DNA from: Alphaproteobacteria bacterium
GTDB lineage: Bacteria; Pseudomonadota; Alphaproteobacteria; MPNO01; UBA830
Reading direction: 5' to 3'
NCBI GenBank assembly: GCA_964291215.2
Contig: OZ219790.1
Coordinates: forward strand, 800,001-864,000
DNA: 64,000 nucleotides
The position numbers and the translations under genes are program-made. The notes beneath the pieces were generated by a model. The model had not been told where the DNA came from. It did not search any database and saw only the letters and a list, made by a program, of their open reading frames with translations. How positions within the stretch are numbered: position 1 is the stretch's first letter; the number at the start of each line of letters is the position of its first letter. Of the stretch, positions 47,772 through 57,621 are shown piece by piece.

Positions 47772-49936
47772 CAGAGCCACTCGCATGCCGGCCGCCCGTC
47801 CGCGCGGCCGGCCGCATCATCGTCTTCGCCGGTACCCACCCCGGAATTGGCGCCGTCATGCCCATCGGACGCGGCTGCGGGTTGGCGGGGCGCAGCCTCG
47901 CCCGGCGTGTCCCCGTCGCCGGCATCGTCCCTGTCCGCCGCCTCGCCGGAACCGTCCGCCGGTCGCGCGGCGCCGACCGGCGCTTCGGTGGCTCGATCCG
48001 GTGTCTCAAGCGTCGCCGGCGCATCCGTTGGCCTGGCGTCCCCGCTCGCCGGTCCGTTCCGGGCGAGCCCCGGGCCGGGCGGCGGGAGGCTCAGGAGATC
48101 GCCCCGGGGGGCCGCCGTTTCCGGTGCGGCATCGGGCGGTCCCGAGGGCCTGGCTGCCGTTCCTGCCTCACTCGCCTCGGCCTGCGCCCTCGGCACGAAC
48201 CGCTCGGCGGCCCCGGGCCGCTTCACGTAGCGAAGGCGGATGCGGGCGACCGGCAGCGGTCCGGGGAAGCGGAGCCAGCCATGGAGGCTTTCGAGGCGCA
48301 TGATGTCGGAGGCGAGCGCCAGCGCGCGGAGTTCGCGTTTCGGGGTCAGCGAGACGCCGTCGCGGATGGTGTCGGCGCCGTATGAGACGCCTTCGGCCAC
48401 CTCCTCGACCTCGCTGCGGCCGAGGCTGTCGGCCGACCACTGGGCGGTGTCGCGGTCGGGCGCGGCGAGCACCGCGCGGGTGCCGCAGAGGCCGGAGATG
48501 GTCTCGGCGCCGTTGCGCCCGTAGAGGTCTCGGAGCGCCGAGATCACCTGGATGCCGAGCACGAAGCAGCCGCCGAACTGGCGGGATTCCGCGAGGCCGG
48601 GCTGGAGCGAGGGCACCTGGTGGAGGGTGGGGAGTTCGTCGAGCACGACCCAGATGCGCCGCGTGTCGTCCTGTTCGAGCGACAGCATGGCGTTGACGGC
48701 GATCTCGAGCCAGGTGGAGATGAGGCCGCGCAGGCTGGCATGCTGGTCGGCGCGCGAGGTGAGGAACAGGAACCCGCCGCGGTTTCGCTCTTGGGCCTCG
48801 CCGGACACCCAGTCGCGGATCGAGAAGGGCCTGCCGGTGTCGGGCAGGTATTCGAGCGCGCCGATATTGGCGGTCAGCATGGCGCGGACCGAGAGCGCCG
48901 TCTTCGGGTTCTCGGGATCGACGATGGACTGGGCGACGGTGCCCTCCATGGCCTGGGCGAGCGCCGTCAGGTCGGTCTTGAGCAGGTGGTCGACCAGGAC
49001 CTTGTTGCGGGTCTCTCCCTTCTCGCGCAGCACGCCGGCGCCGTTGGCGAACAACTGGCGGGCGGCGGTGACCCAGAACGGGTCGACAGTGTCCTTCTGC
49101 TGGGGGATGAGGGCCGCGGCCATGGTGTCGAAGTCGCGCGGGCCGCGCGCCTCGAGGAAAGGCGACCAGCGGGGGCTGCGGGCGTCGAGCGGGTTGAGCA
49201 GCATGTCGCGGGCGGGGTCGAAGAACGCGCGGGTGTAGGAGCCCATCTTGTCGTAGAGGACGCAGCGCTCGCCGCGCTCCCTGATCTGGGCGACGAGGTC
49301 GGAGATCAGCACCGTCTTGCCCGACCCGGTGGTGCCGGAGACGATGGTGTGCTGCGTCTCGGCGCGCTCGGGATACGGCACGCCGGCGATCCGGCAGGGC
49401 GGGCGCCTGCCCGTGGCCGGGACGAGGTCGCGCGCCCGGCGGTGGAGCGGGCGGATGCGCCATCGGAGCTGACGCGCGGTGGCGAGCTCGGCGCCCCGGA
49501 TGCGGCGCCCGGCCTGGAGCTGGCGCCCGCGGATCCAGAAGAGCGCCAGGAACAGCGCGATCGCGGCCGCCGCCGCCTTCGCTCCGAGCAGGGCGCCCGC
49601 GAACACCACGTCCTTCAGCGTCTCGCGCATGGCGCGCGCCCGCGGCGCGGCGGCGATGTCGGGGAGGGTGGAGATGACGGTGCTGCCGTCGGGCTGGCGC
49701 ACCTCCTGGCGCGAGGTGCGCCGGTAGCCGAGCCCGAGCTTGGCCTCGGCGACGGTGACCATGGCGGCGGCATACCACTCGTAGCCGGTGGTGCGCTCCC
49801 ACACGAACCAGGCGGGGACGGCGACCACGGAGAAGGCGGCGAGGAAGAAGCCGGCGCGCAGTAGCTGGCCCCACATGCGCAGCCCGTGGAAGACGGTCTG
49901 TCCGCCCCGGAGCGTGCTCGAGCCGACGGTCTTCAC
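47771..49936 (-). CDS. traD: Type IV coupling protein TraD
   Basis: Two TM segments, SGTTGSGKT, LNPLDARSPRW, DPFW, VLDELPTL, ESRQFGGC. Confidence 0.95.
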   Translation of the reverse strand: MKTVGSSTLRGGQTVFHGLRMWGQLLRAGFFLAAFSVVAVPAWFVWERTTGYEWYAAAMVTVAEAKLGLGYRRTSRQEVRQPDGSTVISTLPDIAAAPRARAMRETLKDVVFAGALLGAKAAAAAIALFLALFWIRGRQLQAGRRIRGAELATARQLRWRIRPLHRRARDLVPATGRRPPCRIAGVPYPERAETQHTIVSGTTGSGKTVLISDLVAQIRERGERCVLYDKMGSYTRAFFDPARDMLLNPLDARSPRWSPFLEARGPRDFDTMAAALIPQQKDTVDPFWVTAARQLFANGAGVLREKGETRNKVLVDHLLKTDLTALAQAMEGTVAQSIVDPENPKTALSVRAMLTANIGALEYLPDTGRPFSIRDWVSGEAQERNRGGFLFLTSRADQHASLRGLISTWLEIAVNAMLSLEQDDTRRIWVVLDELPTLHQVPSLQPGLAESRQFGGCFVLGIQVISALRDLYGRNGAETISGLCGTRAVLAAPDRDTAQWSADSLGRSEVEEVAEGVSYGADTIRDGVSLTPKRELRALALASDIMRLESLHGWLRFPGPLPVARIRLRYVKRPGAAERFVPRAQAEASEAGTAARPSGPPDAAPETAAPRGDLLSLPPPGPGLARNGPASGDARPTDAPATLETPDRATEAPVGAARPADGSGEAADRDDAGDGDTPGEAAPRQPAAASDGHDGANSGVGTGEDDDAAGRADGRPACEWL

Positions 49937-50109
49937 GCCACGAACCTTCCCGGACCGGTTTGCGCAGCCCGGCCGTGGCCACGGGCGGCGCGGTCCGGGC
50001 GCCGCGCCGCGGCGAGGCAGGGCCGGGCGGGGGAAGGCGCGGGGGGCGCGCGGCCGGAGGAAGCGGTCCCGCCCGCCTTCTCACCCGCCGTTCCCCGGAG
50101 ACCCCGGCC

Positions 50110-50457
50110 ATGACCCGCCCCGACACGCCTGGCCACCCGCCCCATCCGCCGCGCCCCGCCTGGCGCGCCCGCCTCGTCATGCTCGGTCCGCCTGGCGTTG
50201 CCGCGCTCGTCACGGCGTTCGGGGCGGAGGCCGATATCCTCGCCCCGCTGTGGCTCGCCGCCCTTGCCTGGACCGTGCTCGCGAGCCTCGCGGGCGCGCT
50301 GGCGCGCGGTTTCCGGCAGGGCGGCCGGTCCGCCTTCCGCAGCCACCGGTTTCCCGAAGACCGCGGCGAGGACGACGAGTGGGCCGCGCGCACCGGGTGC
50401 TACGCCTGGCTCGGCGACCATGAGGACCGGCTCCGCGACGACCGCCATTTGCATTGA
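50110..50457 (+). CDS. Small membrane protein convergent with traG; entry-exclusion candidate
   Basis: GGAGA RBS; two hydrophobic stretches and a charged C-terminal tail; only plus-strand gene in the tra cluster, ending 7 bp from the traG stop. Confidence 0.6.
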   Translation: MTRPDTPGHPPHPPRPAWRARLVMLGPPGVAALVTAFGAEADILAPLWLAALAWTVLASLAGALARGFRQGGRSAFRSHRFPEDRGEDDEWAARTGCYAWLGDHEDRLRDDRHLH

Positions 50458-50464
50458 TCCACCC

Positions 50465-53410
50465 TCAGCGGCCATGGCGCCAGTCCCTCCGGCCTTCCTG
50501 CGAGGCGGCCTTCGGCGCGGGCGCCGTATCTTCCGCCGCGCCAACCTCCGGCTCCGCCGGCCGGTGGTGCGGGGCGTCGGGCGCGGCGTTCTCCGCGGTG
50601 CCGAACAGCTTGCCGGCGAGCCACTCGCCGATGAAGGGCAGGTTTTCCGTGGCGTGGCGCTCGAACGGCTTCTCCGTCTCGGCGGCGACGCCGGCGCGGC
50701 CTTCCCGGGCGTCCTCCCGCGCAATCGAAGTCCGCGCCTCGCGCCCGGCCTCGTTCACCGTCATGTCCGCCCCGGTCCCCGCGCGCCCGGCCGCCGCCTT
50801 CGCCTCGACCTCGCCGGGACCCGGCGCACCGGCAGCACGGGCCCGGTCGCGCACCCCTTCCGACCAGCCGGCATGGGCGGCGGCGGTCTCGCGGGCATAG
50901 GCCCCGGCCAGGGCGTCCCGCGCCACGCCGTATTCCGCCTCGCCGCCGACGCTGGCGGGATCGGGGCCGGCGGGGCCGGGGAAGCGCTCCTCGACAAACG
51001 CCGCGGCGTGCTGGCGCAGCATCCCGGCGTCCTCCGGGGTCTGCGGCGAGGCGATGCGGATCGCCCCGGCCGCTCCGATCGCCCGCCCGTCCGCACCGGT
51101 GCGCTCCGACAGCCAGGCGAAGAAGGGCTGGCCGAGATCGCGGTCGATGGCCCGGGCCTCGGAGCGCACCCGCGCGGCCTGCTCCGACCAGCTCTCCGAC
51201 TCCTGCCGGGCGAGCGAGGCGCGCTCCTCGAACCGGCGCATGTCCGTCAGGTTGGCGGCAAGGCTCTCCTCGAGCCCGGCATGCCCGCTCTCGCCCGTGC
51301 TCGTCGAGTAGCGCCGGGACGCCTCCGAGACCCGCGACCAGAGGTCGAGCACCTGGTGGCTCTCGGCATAATCCCGCATCCGGTCCCACGCTTCCTTGCC
51401 GATGGTCTGGCCGCGCCAGGAGGCCGAGCCGTCGGCGCCGAGCTTCGCGATGAAGTTCCAGCCGCCGCCGATCCGCGCCTCGCCTGCCAGGGTCGCCATC
51501 TCGTTCCTCGATATCCCGGCCGTCTCCGACATCCGCTCCAGATGCGATTCCAGCGCCTGCACCTGCGCGCTCTCGGTCTCGGTCACCCCCCGCGCATGCG
51601 CCTCGCCGGTCGAGACGTCGCGGGCGTAGCGCTCGGCGAGGCGGGTCGCGTCGCTGACCGCCGCGCTCCGCGCCGTGCCGGCCTCCGCCGAGAAGTGCCG
51701 CGAGAGGGTGCGCGCCTCGGCCGCGCGCTGTTCATGGCTCGCCGCGAGCGATTCGGAGAGCCGCACCGAGGCCGCCGGGATGCGGCTGGTGGCGGCGCCC
51801 ATGTCGGCGATGACCGCGCCGTCTCCCGCTACCGTCCAGGCCGCGCCGCCCGGGGCGTAGCCCGAGTGGCGGTCGGTATCGACCTGCGCGGAGGTGCGGA
51901 CCTGGCGCCCTTCGAGCGTCGCGTAACGGTGGGTGTCCTGGCTCGTGTTGCCGAGCGAGAGGTTGCCGGTCGCGCCCTCGTGGGCGGCGGACGAGGCCGC
52001 GTCCTGGCCGACGGCGAGCACCGAGGTCGCGAGCACGGTGGCCTTCGACAGCCCGTAGGCGAGCGCGGCGGCGAGGAACGGCACCGACATGGAGAGGTAG
52101 CCCGACATCACCGCGACGTCGGCCGCCACCGCCCGGATGCCGGCCTGGGCGACCAGCGAGATGCCCGCCTCGCCCCCCGGCATCAGCGCCGCGGCCTGCA
52201 TGCGCTCCGCCGCCTCGCCCATGGCGATGCGATGCAGCACCGCATAGAGCGGCCCCCAGGACTGGAGCCATATGAGCCCGGTCACCCAGGAGCGGAAGAT
52301 CGCGGCGCCGGCGGGGGTGAGCATCAGCAGCACGGCCATCGGGAAGGCGCCGACATAGAGGCACTCGAAGACGATCTTCAGCATCGGCACCCAGGTCTCG
52401 GCCTGGCGGCCGATGGCCCGGTAGGCCGACACGGTCTGGGCCTCGGCCCGCGCCTCGGTGTAGGCCCGCAAGGCTGCGGCGTTGCCCGCTTCCGCCGCCC
52501 ACTGCTCGCCGGCGCCGTGGACGGCGTTCAGCACCATCTGCTGGCGCATGATCTCCGCAGCCGATCGCGAGGCGCCGATCAGGAAGTCATGGGCGGCCGG
52601 CAGCGCGGCCATCAGCTCGGCGCGGGCGAGCGCGCCGGTGGCGGCGTCCGGGAACAGGCGGCGTCCGAACACCGCGCCCGCGCGTTGCAGTTCCGCGGCC
52701 CACTGCGCGTTCAGCGCCGCCGCTGCATCCGCGCAGGTCGCGATGCTGCGGTCGACGGTTCCCGAACCCGGGTTCCGTGCGGCGACCGCGACCATGCGCG
52801 CGGGCGAAGCGCCGGCCGAGGGCGTGCGCGCCGAGGTCACCAGGGTCCAGAGGTCGGTGGACTCGCGCAGCTCGTCGGCCGACACGTGGCCGAGCAGCAG
52901 GGCGTAGAACACGCACTGGCGCGAGAAGGCGCGGAGGTTGCGGGCGAACACCGCGTCGGTGACCTCGAGCCGGGTTGCGGCCGCGGCGAGCCGGGCGCCG
53001 AAGATGAGCCCGTGGCGCTGGTAGGCGAGGTCGTCCGGCAGCGCGAAGGCCTGCTCGGTGAGGCGGGTGAGCCCGTCGCCCACCTGCGAGGTGAGCGAGG
53101 CGAAGAGCGCGAGGCCGACAGGCACGTTGGCCACCACCGCGGGCGCCAGCGCCGGGTCGAGCCGGTCGACCACCCGCACCGTCGCCTTCGGCACGATCAT
53201 TGCGCCCCACACGGCGACGAACAGCAGGATCCATTTCGCGTTGTCCTTCCACGAGCCGCCGAAGGCGGTGCGGAACAGCACCCAGGCGAGACCGGCGACG
53301 CCGGCGAGCTGGGCCAGCACGACATAGGCGCCGCCGCCGGCGATCGCGGCGACCGCGTTCAGCAGGTCGACCAGGTAGGCCCCGCCGCCAAGGGTGAAGA
53401 TCTCGTGCAT
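50465..53410 (-). CDS. traG: Mating-pair stabilisation protein TraG (F-type)
   Basis: MHEIFTLGGGAYLVDLLNAVAA, VANVPVGLA, WLQSWGPLYAVLH, GYLSMSVPFLA, TGNLSLGN. Confidence 0.93.
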   Translation of the reverse strand: MHEIFTLGGGAYLVDLLNAVAAIAGGGAYVVLAQLAGVAGLAWVLFRTAFGGSWKDNAKWILLFVAVWGAMIVPKATVRVVDRLDPALAPAVVANVPVGLALFASLTSQVGDGLTRLTEQAFALPDDLAYQRHGLIFGARLAAAATRLEVTDAVFARNLRAFSRQCVFYALLLGHVSADELRESTDLWTLVTSARTPSAGASPARMVAVAARNPGSGTVDRSIATCADAAAALNAQWAAELQRAGAVFGRRLFPDAATGALARAELMAALPAAHDFLIGASRSAAEIMRQQMVLNAVHGAGEQWAAEAGNAAALRAYTEARAEAQTVSAYRAIGRQAETWVPMLKIVFECLYVGAFPMAVLLMLTPAGAAIFRSWVTGLIWLQSWGPLYAVLHRIAMGEAAERMQAAALMPGGEAGISLVAQAGIRAVAADVAVMSGYLSMSVPFLAAALAYGLSKATVLATSVLAVGQDAASSAAHEGATGNLSLGNTSQDTHRYATLEGRQVRTSAQVDTDRHSGYAPGGAAWTVAGDGAVIADMGAATSRIPAASVRLSESLAASHEQRAAEARTLSRHFSAEAGTARSAAVSDATRLAERYARDVSTGEAHARGVTETESAQVQALESHLERMSETAGISRNEMATLAGEARIGGGWNFIAKLGADGSASWRGQTIGKEAWDRMRDYAESHQVLDLWSRVSEASRRYSTSTGESGHAGLEESLAANLTDMRRFEERASLARQESESWSEQAARVRSEARAIDRDLGQPFFAWLSERTGADGRAIGAAGAIRIASPQTPEDAGMLRQHAAAFVEERFPGPAGPDPASVGGEAEYGVARDALAGAYARETAAAHAGWSEGVRDRARAAGAPGPGEVEAKAAAGRAGTGADMTVNEAGREARTSIAREDAREGRAGVAAETEKPFERHATENLPFIGEWLAGKLFGTAENAAPDAPHHRPAEPEVGAAEDTAPAPKAASQEGRRDWRHGR

Positions 53411-53433
53411 GCCCGGTCCCGTCCCCGCCGTTC

Positions 53434-54861
53434 CTACCGCGCGGCGGCGCCCGCGCCGCCGCGCGCGAACGCGAGCGCGGCGCGGAGGTCGGCCGAGAGC
53501 GCGCCGGCGAGTTCGGTCTCGATCAGGCGCAGCTTCTCGACCACGGCCAAGGCCGTGTTGAAGCGGGCGAGGCCCTGCGAGCGGTGCCGGGCGAGCGCCG
53601 CCCGGTTGGCGCGCAAGCCCGCGCGCCAGCGCTCGAGCTGCTCCCCGTCGGCGATGTCCAGCGCCCCCGCGCGCTCCTCGACCGCGCGGTGCAGGTCCGC
53701 GATCCAGACCTGCAGCAGGTCGAGCGCGACCGCCTCGGCGAGCGCGTCGATCTCCGCATCGATGACCGCGCCGCGATAGGCCGCCGCCGCGTTGATGACC
53801 CGGTAGACCGGGAGCGTGGTGAGGTTGACGAGCCCGAGCGCGTCCGCCGGCGGCGCGGTGTCGGTGCGCACCGCTTCCGCGAGCCGGCGCAGCAGGCCGG
53901 CCACCCGCGCCCGGAAGCCCCGGTCGGCCGGGACGGAGACGGTCCCGGGCGCCGGGTTGAGGCAGCGCGCGGTCTCGTCGCAGCGGTAGACCGGCAGCGC
54001 GCCGCCGCCCTCCATCAGCGCCTCGGTCACGCGCCGGTCCAGCGCCAGCGGCTGAAGGAGTCGCACCCGGGGACCGGCGGTGTCGGCGTCCGAGGTCGGC
54101 GCGGTGACGATCACCGTGCCCGAGACCGACATGGCGAACTCGGCGAGTCGGGTGTCGCCCGCGAGGAAGGACGAGGCCTGCACCGCCTTCCAGGCGTAGT
54201 TGACATTGACCGGCGCCTGGTCGGCCATCGGCCCGGCGGCGGCGGCGAGCGTCGAGTTGCGCCGGCCCCCGGCGCCGCAGCCGTGCCGGGCGGCGGCGTA
54301 GTCCGGGAAGATGCCCTGGGATGTGCCGATCGCGGCGCAGATGGCGGCGGACGCCCGGTCGTTCTTCGCCCACGCCGCGCCGACCAGCGCCTGGGCGGTC
54401 TCGCAGCTGTTCAGGTTCTGCGCGTTCACCCACTGGGCGAGTGCGCGGAGCTTCGCCATGGTCTCGGCGATCACCGGCGAGATGGTCTCCAGCGCCAGCT
54501 CGAAGGCGAAGCCCGCGGCGTTCTGCGCCACCGCGCGGCCGAAGGCGATCAGCTGGTCCGAGTCGATGAACGAGAACGCGCCGGCGAAGGCGTCGATGCC
54601 GCCGCAGCCGGCGCGGAACGAGGGCAGGTTCACCGTCGCGACCTGCTCGGCCCGCACCGGAGCGCGCATGTAGAGGTTGCCCAGCGTCCAGTGGCCCGAG
54701 GCCTGGCCGTCGAAGGCGGTCGGCCCGGTGGTGTTGACCGCCGCCCCCTGCCAGAAGCGGTTCATCTCCGAGAGCACGTCGGCCCGCGCGGGCAAGGCGG
54801 CGATTGCCAGCGTGGCAGATGCCAGCGCCACGGTGGCAACCCTCTTCCATTCAATAGTCAT
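53434..54861 (-). CDS. traH: Pilus assembly protein TraH
   Basis: Signal peptide; LPSFRAGCGGIDAFAGAFSFI, FAFELAL, NLNSCETAQALV. Confidence 0.95.
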   Translation of the reverse strand: MTIEWKRVATVALASATLAIAALPARADVLSEMNRFWQGAAVNTTGPTAFDGQASGHWTLGNLYMRAPVRAEQVATVNLPSFRAGCGGIDAFAGAFSFIDSDQLIAFGRAVAQNAAGFAFELALETISPVIAETMAKLRALAQWVNAQNLNSCETAQALVGAAWAKNDRASAAICAAIGTSQGIFPDYAAARHGCGAGGRRNSTLAAAAGPMADQAPVNVNYAWKAVQASSFLAGDTRLAEFAMSVSGTVIVTAPTSDADTAGPRVRLLQPLALDRRVTEALMEGGGALPVYRCDETARCLNPAPGTVSVPADRGFRARVAGLLRRLAEAVRTDTAPPADALGLVNLTTLPVYRVINAAAAYRGAVIDAEIDALAEAVALDLLQVWIADLHRAVEERAGALDIADGEQLERWRAGLRANRAALARHRSQGLARFNTALAVVEKLRLIETELAGALSADLRAALAFARGGAGAAAR

Positions 54862-55693
54862 GTCCGGGCTCCAGGGCGGTGAGGGCGAAGATGCGCTCGG
54901 CGATCTCGTCCTCGGCCATGACGCCGAAGCCGACAGGGAGCACGCGTTTCGTCTTCGTGTCGAACAGCACCAGGGCCGGGACCGGGGCGTTGCCGAGGCC
55001 GAGCCGGGCGGCGCGCCCCCGATCGGCGACCGCCTCGGGCCAGCCCTCCAGCGCCTCGCCGGTGAGCGAGACGGCCAGCACCTCGAGCCCGTGGCGCATG
55101 GCGAAAGCGCGCAGGATCGGCCCGAACACCCGGCACGCCGCGCATGCTGCGTGGCCGAGATAGATGAGGCCGTAGCGCTCGCCCAGGTTCGCGAGCGCGG
55201 CGTCGCGCGCCCGTTTTCGTTCGTCCGACCAGACCTGCCTGGCGAGCGCGCCGACCGGGCGCCTCAGCGTGTAGTCGAGCTCCGGCGTCGCCCAGACGGT
55301 GCGCCGGAAGGCGTCGGAGAAGGTCGCGGCCCGTTGCAGGGTCTCCTGCTGGAGGCGCAGATAGGCGGTCACCTTGGCCGGGGTCGGATCGAGGATCGCT
55401 TCCGCCCGCGCCTCTTCCAGCGCCCTGCGCACCGCCTCGATGCGCGCGGACGCGGATTGCGCGGTATCGGGAGAGGAGGGTGTCGGTGGCACGGGCGCCG
55501 GTTCGGCCTCTTGCACTTCCTCTTGCCGGTCGCAGTAGAAATGCCAGCCGAGCGAGGCGCCGGCGCCCTCATCGGCGCACCAGCCGCGCCATTCGCCTGC
55601 CGCCGCAGGAGAACCCAGCGCTACCCAGACCGCCGTTGCGGCGAGGACGTGCTTCAGGGCATGCAGGGCGGTGTATTCCGGTCCCGGCGCCAT
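54851..55693 (-). CDS. traF: Thioredoxin-like pilus assembly protein TraF
   Basis: GWHFYCD, AEAILDPTPAKV..YL..Q, W.TPELDY, CAAC, VPALVL, VGFGVM. Confidence 0.9.
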   Translation of the reverse strand: MAPGPEYTALHALKHVLAATAVWVALGSPAAAGEWRGWCADEGAGASLGWHFYCDRQEEVQEAEPAPVPPTPSSPDTAQSASARIEAVRRALEEARAEAILDPTPAKVTAYLRLQQETLQRAATFSDAFRRTVWATPELDYTLRRPVGALARQVWSDERKRARDAALANLGERYGLIYLGHAACAACRVFGPILRAFAMRHGLEVLAVSLTGEALEGWPEAVADRGRAARLGLGNAPVPALVLFDTKTKRVLPVGFGVMAEDEIAERIFALTALEPGHDY

Positions 55694-56838
55694 CACTGCC
55701 CCCGCCGGTAGAAGTCGCGGATGCGCGTGCGCATGACCTGGCCGGTGTCGCCGGCGTCCGGCAGCGAGACCGACGGCTCCCTCGATCCGTCCATCAGGTC
55801 CTCGGCGAACTCCGACAGGTCGAGGCGGGCGAAGTCGATGCTCTCGATCTCCGCGACGGTGAAGCCCCGGCAGTTCGACCAGCCGATGCCGAGCTGGGCG
55901 CGGCCCTGCTGCTGGAGGAGGCGCCCGAGCTTCGATCCGAACACGCACCAGGCGCGCGAGTGGCGGAGGCAGACGCCGAAGAAGGCGCGCTTCGAGCAGT
56001 AGCGGCCGAGATAGTGGGTGTTGCCGGCGTTGCGCTCCCCGGCGAGCTCGATCTCGGAGGCCGAGCAGTTGCCGAGCCCGGCCAGCAGGCCGGAGTTCCT
56101 GCAGCAGTTCGCGAGCCCGAACAGCCTGATGTGGCAGGCCCGGCGCTCCCCGGTGAAGAAGCGCATGTCCTGGCGGTCGAACTCATCGCCGCCGAGCTCG
56201 ACCGCCATGTTCAACCGGGTCGCCGCGTTCACGAAACCGGCGTTGGCCTCCGGCCGCACGGTCTCGCAGCCGGCGCCGACGCAGTACGTGACCTGCCCGC
56301 AGGTCCCGCCGGCGTCCGCATCCTGAAGGTCCGCCCCGCATTCGGCGGCGCTGCCGGACGCGAGGCCGCCCGCGCCGTGTGTCGCCGACTGCGGCGAAGC
56401 CGCGACGGTCTCCGAACGCCGCACCATCGGATCGTTCGCCGGCACGCTCGCCGGGGGCCAGTCCGTCGTGCCGCGGACCACCACGCGCCCGGCCGCGCCG
56501 CCGGGATCGCCCGGATCGGCGAGCCGGGCGCGGGCCGCGTCCTGGAGGCGGCCCGCGCCGATGCGGCGCTCCGGCAAGTCCGTGCCGGCATGACCCGGCA
56601 CGTCTGCCGCGCTGGAGGCATCCCGTGCGATCGTCCGCGCCGCCGCATTGCCCGCAATGCCGACGGCGCGCGCGGCCTCTTTCGGATCTTCGGCCCGGGC
56701 CGCCATGCCCGACACCGCCCACAGCGTCAGGCAGACCAGCGCGAACATGGCGATCCAGGTCAGCAGACGGACGATCCGCGTTCCGCGGTCCAGCGCGACC
56801 TCGATGCGGTCGCGGGGAAATTCTGATTGTTCCGTCAT
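55693..56838 (-). CDS. traN: Short TraN (mating-pair stabilisation), 381 aa
   Basis: Cys-rich C-terminus FFTGERRAC...NCC...CS..E..L...HYLGRYCS...WCVFGSKLGRLLQQQGRAQLGIGW..CRGFT...IDF..LDLSEF. Confidence 0.88.
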   Translation of the reverse strand: MTEQSEFPRDRIEVALDRGTRIVRLLTWIAMFALVCLTLWAVSGMAARAEDPKEAARAVGIAGNAAARTIARDASSAADVPGHAGTDLPERRIGAGRLQDAARARLADPGDPGGAAGRVVVRGTTDWPPASVPANDPMVRRSETVAASPQSATHGAGGLASGSAAECGADLQDADAGGTCGQVTYCVGAGCETVRPEANAGFVNAATRLNMAVELGGDEFDRQDMRFFTGERRACHIRLFGLANCCRNSGLLAGLGNCSASEIELAGERNAGNTHYLGRYCSKRAFFGVCLRHSRAWCVFGSKLGRLLQQQGRAQLGIGWSNCRGFTVAEIESIDFARLDLSEFAEDLMDGSREPSVSLPDAGDTGQVMRTRIRDFYRRGQ

Positions 56839-57581
56839 GGCCGGTCCTCCCCGTGCAGGCGTTGCAGATGTCGCCGGACCGCCGCTCGCGCGACCTCCCC
56901 TTCTCCGGCAACGGCCTCCAGAGCGGCCACAAGGCCGATGTTGCCGGTTACGCGGTCATGGGGCGGCGCCGGGTCCTCCGCGCAGCCCCGGCTCTCGCAA
57001 GGCGGCACACCGCCCGGCACGACCACCACCGCCGGCACGCGCGTCACGCCGAACAGGCGGAACAGGCGCGGATCGATGGCGACCCCGGCCGCCGCCCCGC
57101 CGAGGCGCGCACCGATTTCCTTCGCGGCAGCGGGCAGTCCGTTTTCGCCAACGCCGCGCAGCACCAGCGGCGCGCCCGTCTTCGCGGCCTCGCGCGCCCA
57201 TTGCCGCCACGATGCCGCCGGCACCGACAGGCTGGTGAAGATGAGCACTTCCGCCGTGCCGGCGCGCCCGGCCCCAATCCCGGCAAGACGTTCCGCATGA
57301 CGCTCGGCCGGAAGGGGAGACGTCTTCCCGGACCGGCCAGGCACAGTCTGCCGTGCGGCCTCGCCGGCGCGTCGGAGTGCGCGGTCGAGGATCGAACGGG
57401 TCCACTCGCCGAGCGGCTCCCCGTCCTTGCCGCCCGCCTTGCGCAGCACCTCCTCGACCAGGCGGGCCGCGTCCGGACTGCCCGCGGGCGGCCGTTCATC
57501 CGCCCGGGCAAGCCCGGCCGCCGCGGCCAGAACGGCGGCGAGGGCGAGGATGTTTCGGGGCAGGAAAAGGGCGGCTGTCAT
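56835..57581 (-). CDS. trbC: F-type pilin assembly protein TrbC
   Basis: LIFTSLSVPAASW, LVLRG, VAIDPRLFRLFGVTRVPAVVV, DRVTGNI. Confidence 0.9.
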   Translation of the reverse strand: MTAALFLPRNILALAAVLAAAAGLARADERPPAGSPDAARLVEEVLRKAGGKDGEPLGEWTRSILDRALRRAGEAARQTVPGRSGKTSPLPAERHAERLAGIGAGRAGTAEVLIFTSLSVPAASWRQWAREAAKTGAPLVLRGVGENGLPAAAKEIGARLGGAAAGVAIDPRLFRLFGVTRVPAVVVVPGGVPPCESRGCAEDPAPPHDRVTGNIGLVAALEAVAGEGEVARAAVRRHLQRLHGEDRP

Positions 57582-57621
57582 GGCGTCTTCGCCTTTCGAT
57601 GTCTTCGGTTTTCCAACGGGT

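Noticed and set aside
53411-54850. 1461-aa TraG with a long N-terminal extension
   Set aside because: The extension is an off-frame overlap of traH; the TraG motif begins at ATG 53410. Similar over-extended starts were trimmed for parB, traF, traU, traW, ssb and the HD gene.
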